Shown one piece after another: positions 61,054 through 64,000 of a stretch of 64,000 nt of DNA. How positions within the stretch are numbered: the stretch's first letter is position 1; every line of letters begins with the position of its first letter. This DNA comes from an uncultured Alphaproteobacteria bacterium. Lineage in GTDB: Bacteria; Pseudomonadota; Alphaproteobacteria; MPNO01; UBA830. The position numbers were made by a program, and so were the translations under genes. Below the pieces are notes generated by a model. That model did not search any database. It was given only the letters and a program-made list of their open reading frames with translations, and was not told the origin of the DNA. The DNA is taken from assembly GCA_913046035.1 (NCBI GenBank), contig CAJWSW010000006.1, forward strand, positions 6,493 to 70,492, read 5' to 3'.

Positions 61054-63573
61054 ATGACAAACGCCTGGCGAATAGCGCGCCGCGAATTACGCGGTGGACT
61101 GCGGGGTTTTCGCGTGTTCCTCGCTTGCTTGGCTTTAGGTGTTGGAGCAATCGCGGCAGTGGGTGCAATCGCATCGTCAGTCATCGGCGGGCTGGAGAGG
61201 GATGGCGCTGTGCTCTTGGGCGGCGACGCCGCACTGCGGATGACATATAAGGATATTTCCCCGGTAGAACGCGCTTGGCTTGAGCAAAGTGCTGACATAT
61301 CGCGCCTTGTTTATCTTCGATCGATGGCACGCGTACCCGGAAACACCAAACAGACACTAGTCGAGATAAAAATGCTCGACGACCTCTATCCGCTTTATGG
61401 TCGCCTAAAACTCTCACCTCAAAAAAACCGTGCTAATTTGCTTTCCAAGCGCAACGGTATATGGGGTGCGGTGGCGGATCCTGCGCTCTTGGAGCGTTTA
61501 GGCATCAAGCTCGGCGAAACAATTAAACTCGGCAATGCTACCTACCAGGTTCGGGGAATTATCGATGAAGAACCTGATCGTATCTCTGGGGCACGCGCCC
61601 TTCAGATTGGTCCGCGTTTAATGGCCTTAAGCAAATCGTTGCCAGAGAGCGGCCTAATCCTTCCCGGTAGTCAAGTTTGGTATTTTTACCGGGTGCGTTT
61701 ATTGGGCAATGATACGCTGAAAAGTTGGAAAGACCGCCTCCAGAAGGCTTTTCCGGATGCCCCCTGGATTGTGCGCGATCGCACCAATGCATCACCCACG
61801 ATCAAACAATTTATCGACCGAACGACGCTCTTCATGACATTGGTTGGACTGACAGCGTTGCTCGTTGGCGGGGTCGGTGTCGGTAACGCAGTGCGCAACT
61901 TCCTGTCTGCCAAAATTGAAACTATCGCCACCCTTAAATGTGTCGGCGCATCTTCGAAATTGATTTTCGGCGCCTATCTTTTCCAGGTGATGGTTATGGC
62001 GATGGCAGGCATCTTTTTAGGTCTGTTAGTCGGCGGTATTGCACCGGCTATTTTAAGCGAAATAATAAGCGACGTGTTCCCGTTCGCGGTGCGTATTGAA
62101 CTATATTGGGAGCCGCTGATACTCGCGACCTCGTTCGGTTTGTTAACCGCGCTAGCATTTTCTATTTGGCCTATCGCCCAAGCCTGTGACTTACCCGCGA
62201 CAAGGCTGTTTCGCCAATCTCTTACCGGTGTTAGCGGCATGCCTCGCTGGCCATTTTTACTCGCAACGCTAGCCCTATTGATAGCGCTAGCAGCGCTAGC
62301 CATAGGCACCGCCCAGAGCACTCTAATCGCCGTGTGGTTTTTGGCCGGAGCGACAAGCACAATGATCATACTCGGTATTGCGGCGGTTATAGTCGCCCGT
62401 ACAGCAAAGGCAGTCGGCAGCAGCAGCGGTACTGGTTTGCGCCTCGCCCTAGCAAACCTGCATCGTCCAGGCGCACCCACAGGAACGGTGATAATGTCTC
62501 TAGGGCTGGGGCTTACGGTTTTAGTGACAGTGACGCTTATCGAAGCCAATCTGGAAAGTCAGATTACCAGGTCTTTGCCTAATCGCGCTCCAAGCTATTT
62601 TTTCATTGATATCCAAAATAATCAGGTAGACGATTTCGAAAACGCGGTTGCGAGCGTACCCGGCTTCCGTGAAATGCGCCGCACTCCCATGCTCCGCGGT
62701 CGAGTTACTCGGCTGAACGGTCAAACAGCCAGACCGGAAACTGTCTCGGAGAACGGGCGATGGATCCTTCGCGGCGACAGAGGCGTCACATGGTCGCGCG
62801 AGTTACCTGAAGGCGAGTTTCTAGTCGCGGGTAAATGGTGGCCAACCGACTATTCCGGTAAACCTCTAGTTTCAATGGCTAAAAGAAACGCTGCAGCACT
62901 TGGGCTCAAAATTGGCGATACGATTACCATCAACATACTTGGGCAAAATGTCACAGCTGAGATCGCAAGCTTGCGTGACGTGCAGTGGGGCTCGCTAAGA
63001 ATGAACTTCCTCTTCATCTTTTCGCCTGGCCCATTAAATGCCGCACCACAGACGCATTTAGCAACTGTTCATGCAGATCCAGCACTAGAACAAGACATCG
63101 AACGTACCATCGCCGACAACTTTCCCAATGTTACCATTATCCGGGTGCGCGATACGCTCGAAACCGTCAGTGAGTTCCTCAACCGGCTCGGCCTCGCCAC
63201 AAGGATGACTGCCGGCGTTGCTATAGTAGCCGGCATACTGGTGCTCGCCGGCGCCATTGCCGCAGGACACCGACGCCGAGTGTATGATTCGATAGTTCTT
63301 AAAGTGCTAGGGGCGACACGGCGGAGAGTAATAGGTGTTTTACTGCTCGAATTTAGTCTACTGGGTTTTGTGACCGCCATTATTGCATCATTTATTGGGT
63401 CCCTCGCCGCTTGGGGCGTAATCACTGAAGTGATGAGCTTGGAATTCGTATTCGACACTATCGCAGTGGTAATCTCAGTTGCCGCGGCTGTAGCATCGAC
63501 TACCGCGCTTGGCTTTTACGGTATTTGGCGCGCGCTAGGTCAAAAGTCTGCGCCACTACTGCGCAATGAATAA
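61054..63573 (+). CDS. ybbP: FtsX-family ABC transporter permease with duplicated MacB/FtsX domains (YbbP-like)
   Basis: 839 aa with two repeats of the 4-TM FtsX module and large periplasmic loops. Follows ybbA. Confidence 0.85.
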   Translation: MTNAWRIARRELRGGLRGFRVFLACLALGVGAIAAVGAIASSVIGGLERDGAVLLGGDAALRMTYKDISPVERAWLEQSADISRLVYLRSMARVPGNTKQTLVEIKMLDDLYPLYGRLKLSPQKNRANLLSKRNGIWGAVADPALLERLGIKLGETIKLGNATYQVRGIIDEEPDRISGARALQIGPRLMALSKSLPESGLILPGSQVWYFYRVRLLGNDTLKSWKDRLQKAFPDAPWIVRDRTNASPTIKQFIDRTTLFMTLVGLTALLVGGVGVGNAVRNFLSAKIETIATLKCVGASSKLIFGAYLFQVMVMAMAGIFLGLLVGGIAPAILSEIISDVFPFAVRIELYWEPLILATSFGLLTALAFSIWPIAQACDLPATRLFRQSLTGVSGMPRWPFLLATLALLIALAALAIGTAQSTLIAVWFLAGATSTMIILGIAAVIVARTAKAVGSSSGTGLRLALANLHRPGAPTGTVIMSLGLGLTVLVTVTLIEANLESQITRSLPNRAPSYFFIDIQNNQVDDFENAVASVPGFREMRRTPMLRGRVTRLNGQTARPETVSENGRWILRGDRGVTWSRELPEGEFLVAGKWWPTDYSGKPLVSMAKRNAAALGLKIGDTITINILGQNVTAEIASLRDVQWGSLRMNFLFIFSPGPLNAAPQTHLATVHADPALEQDIERTIADNFPNVTIIRVRDTLETVSEFLNRLGLATRMTAGVAIVAGILVLAGAIAAGHRRRVYDSIVLKVLGATRRRVIGVLLLEFSLLGFVTAIIASFIGSLAAWGVITEVMSLEFVFDTIAVVISVAAAVASTTALGFYGIWRALGQKSAPLLRNE

Positions 63574-63576
63574 TGA

Positions 63577-63593
63577 ACCTATAATTTATAGGT
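63577..63593 (+). terminator. perfect palindrome ACCTATAA-T-TTATAGGT followed by a T-rich tract, just after the ybbP stop
   Basis: 8-bp AT-rich stem with a 1-nt loop centre, then CCAAAATTTTGTGGTGTAGTTTTTTGCC. Weak intrinsic-terminator candidate. Confidence 0.3.
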
Positions 63594-63784
63594 CCAAAAT
63601 TTTGTGGTGTAGTTTTTTGCCAGGACGCCAATAAATAGAAAAGTCTTGGTGTCTGGAAAGCGCTTCTTCACAAATCGGCAACAACGCGCGTGATTAAATT
63701 ATCCTGGTGGCGCACCGTTGATTTTGCATCGAGACATACCCATAATAAACTTATGATCAACGCATAGTTTTAAGGAGAGCAAAG

Positions 63785-64000
63785 ATGGCTTTCGGTTCTG
63801 AAAAAACATTGTATACGGGCACACGCGCCATTGATCAGGCAGAGTTTGATGCCGGTCTTCGGGCGCACATGCTGCGTGTCTACAATTACATGGTCTGTGG
63901 GTTGCTATTGACTGGCATTCTAGCTGTCCTTGTCGCACAGGCTTCAGTCATAACGAATGACGCTGGCCAAATCGTTGGGCTAACGGGACTCGGCCAAACA
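63785..64000 (+). CDS. Bax-inhibitor-1/YccA-family membrane protein. N-terminal part only; the gene continues past the window end.
   Basis: MAFGSEKTLYTGTRAIDQAEFDAGLRAHMLRVYNYMVCGLLLTGILAV..., the typical N-terminus of BI-1/YccA proteins. RBS AAGGAG upstream. Confidence 0.7.
   Translation, partial: MAFGSEKTLYTGTRAIDQAEFDAGLRAHMLRVYNYMVCGLLLTGILAVLVAQASVITNDAGQIVGLTGLGQT

Overview
The window is a 64-kb chromosomal segment of an alphaproteobacterium with about 50% GC. It is densely packed with conserved core genes on both strands and carries no mobile element, CRISPR array, rRNA or tRNA.

Gene order from left to right:

- pheT (partial)-pheS-rplT-rpmI.
- trxA, then a translationally coupled minus-strand operon tsaE-amgK-murU-addB-addA.
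- ahcY, rapZ, chvG-chvI, a HugZ/PNPOx-like gene, and pckA.
- A divergent iron-uptake-like locus: fbpC plus a hypothetical winged-helix protein on one strand; a secreted protein, a membrane fatty-acid-hydroxylase-family protein, fbpA and fbpB on the other.
- polA, qor, a DMT transporter, acnA.
- ccmABCDE, recR-ybaB-dnaX with the SRP RNA (ffs) upstream, nudC, pheA, kdsB.
- A membrane-anchored diheme cytochrome c, an IMPase/HisN-like gene, and yejA-yejA-yejB-yejE-yejF.
- A MarR regulator, a GST, thpR, a FIST-domain protein, the tesA / ybbA-ybbP divergon, and a partial BI-1/YccA gene.

Most interesting observations:

1. The HprK / EIIA-Man / NPr (PTS-Ntr) module that normally sits between chvG and ahcY is decayed. 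hprK keeps its full-length frame but has two in-frame TAA stops, a destroyed Walker A motif and no start codon. Only short remnants of the EIIA-Man and NPr genes remain. rapZ and chvG/chvI are intact.
2. A divergent, apparently iron-regulated locus has Fur-box-like and TGA-N9-TCA palindromes. It couples an FbpABC-type transporter to an uncharacterised Lys/Asn-rich secreted protein and a membrane diiron hydroxylase-family protein.
3. An SRP RNA gene lies upstream of dnaX; it is invisible to the ORF track.
4. Several starts are non-ATG with good Shine-Dalgarno spacing (pckA, acnA, probably tesA).

Many ORF-track entries are antisense or N-terminally over-extended artefacts.
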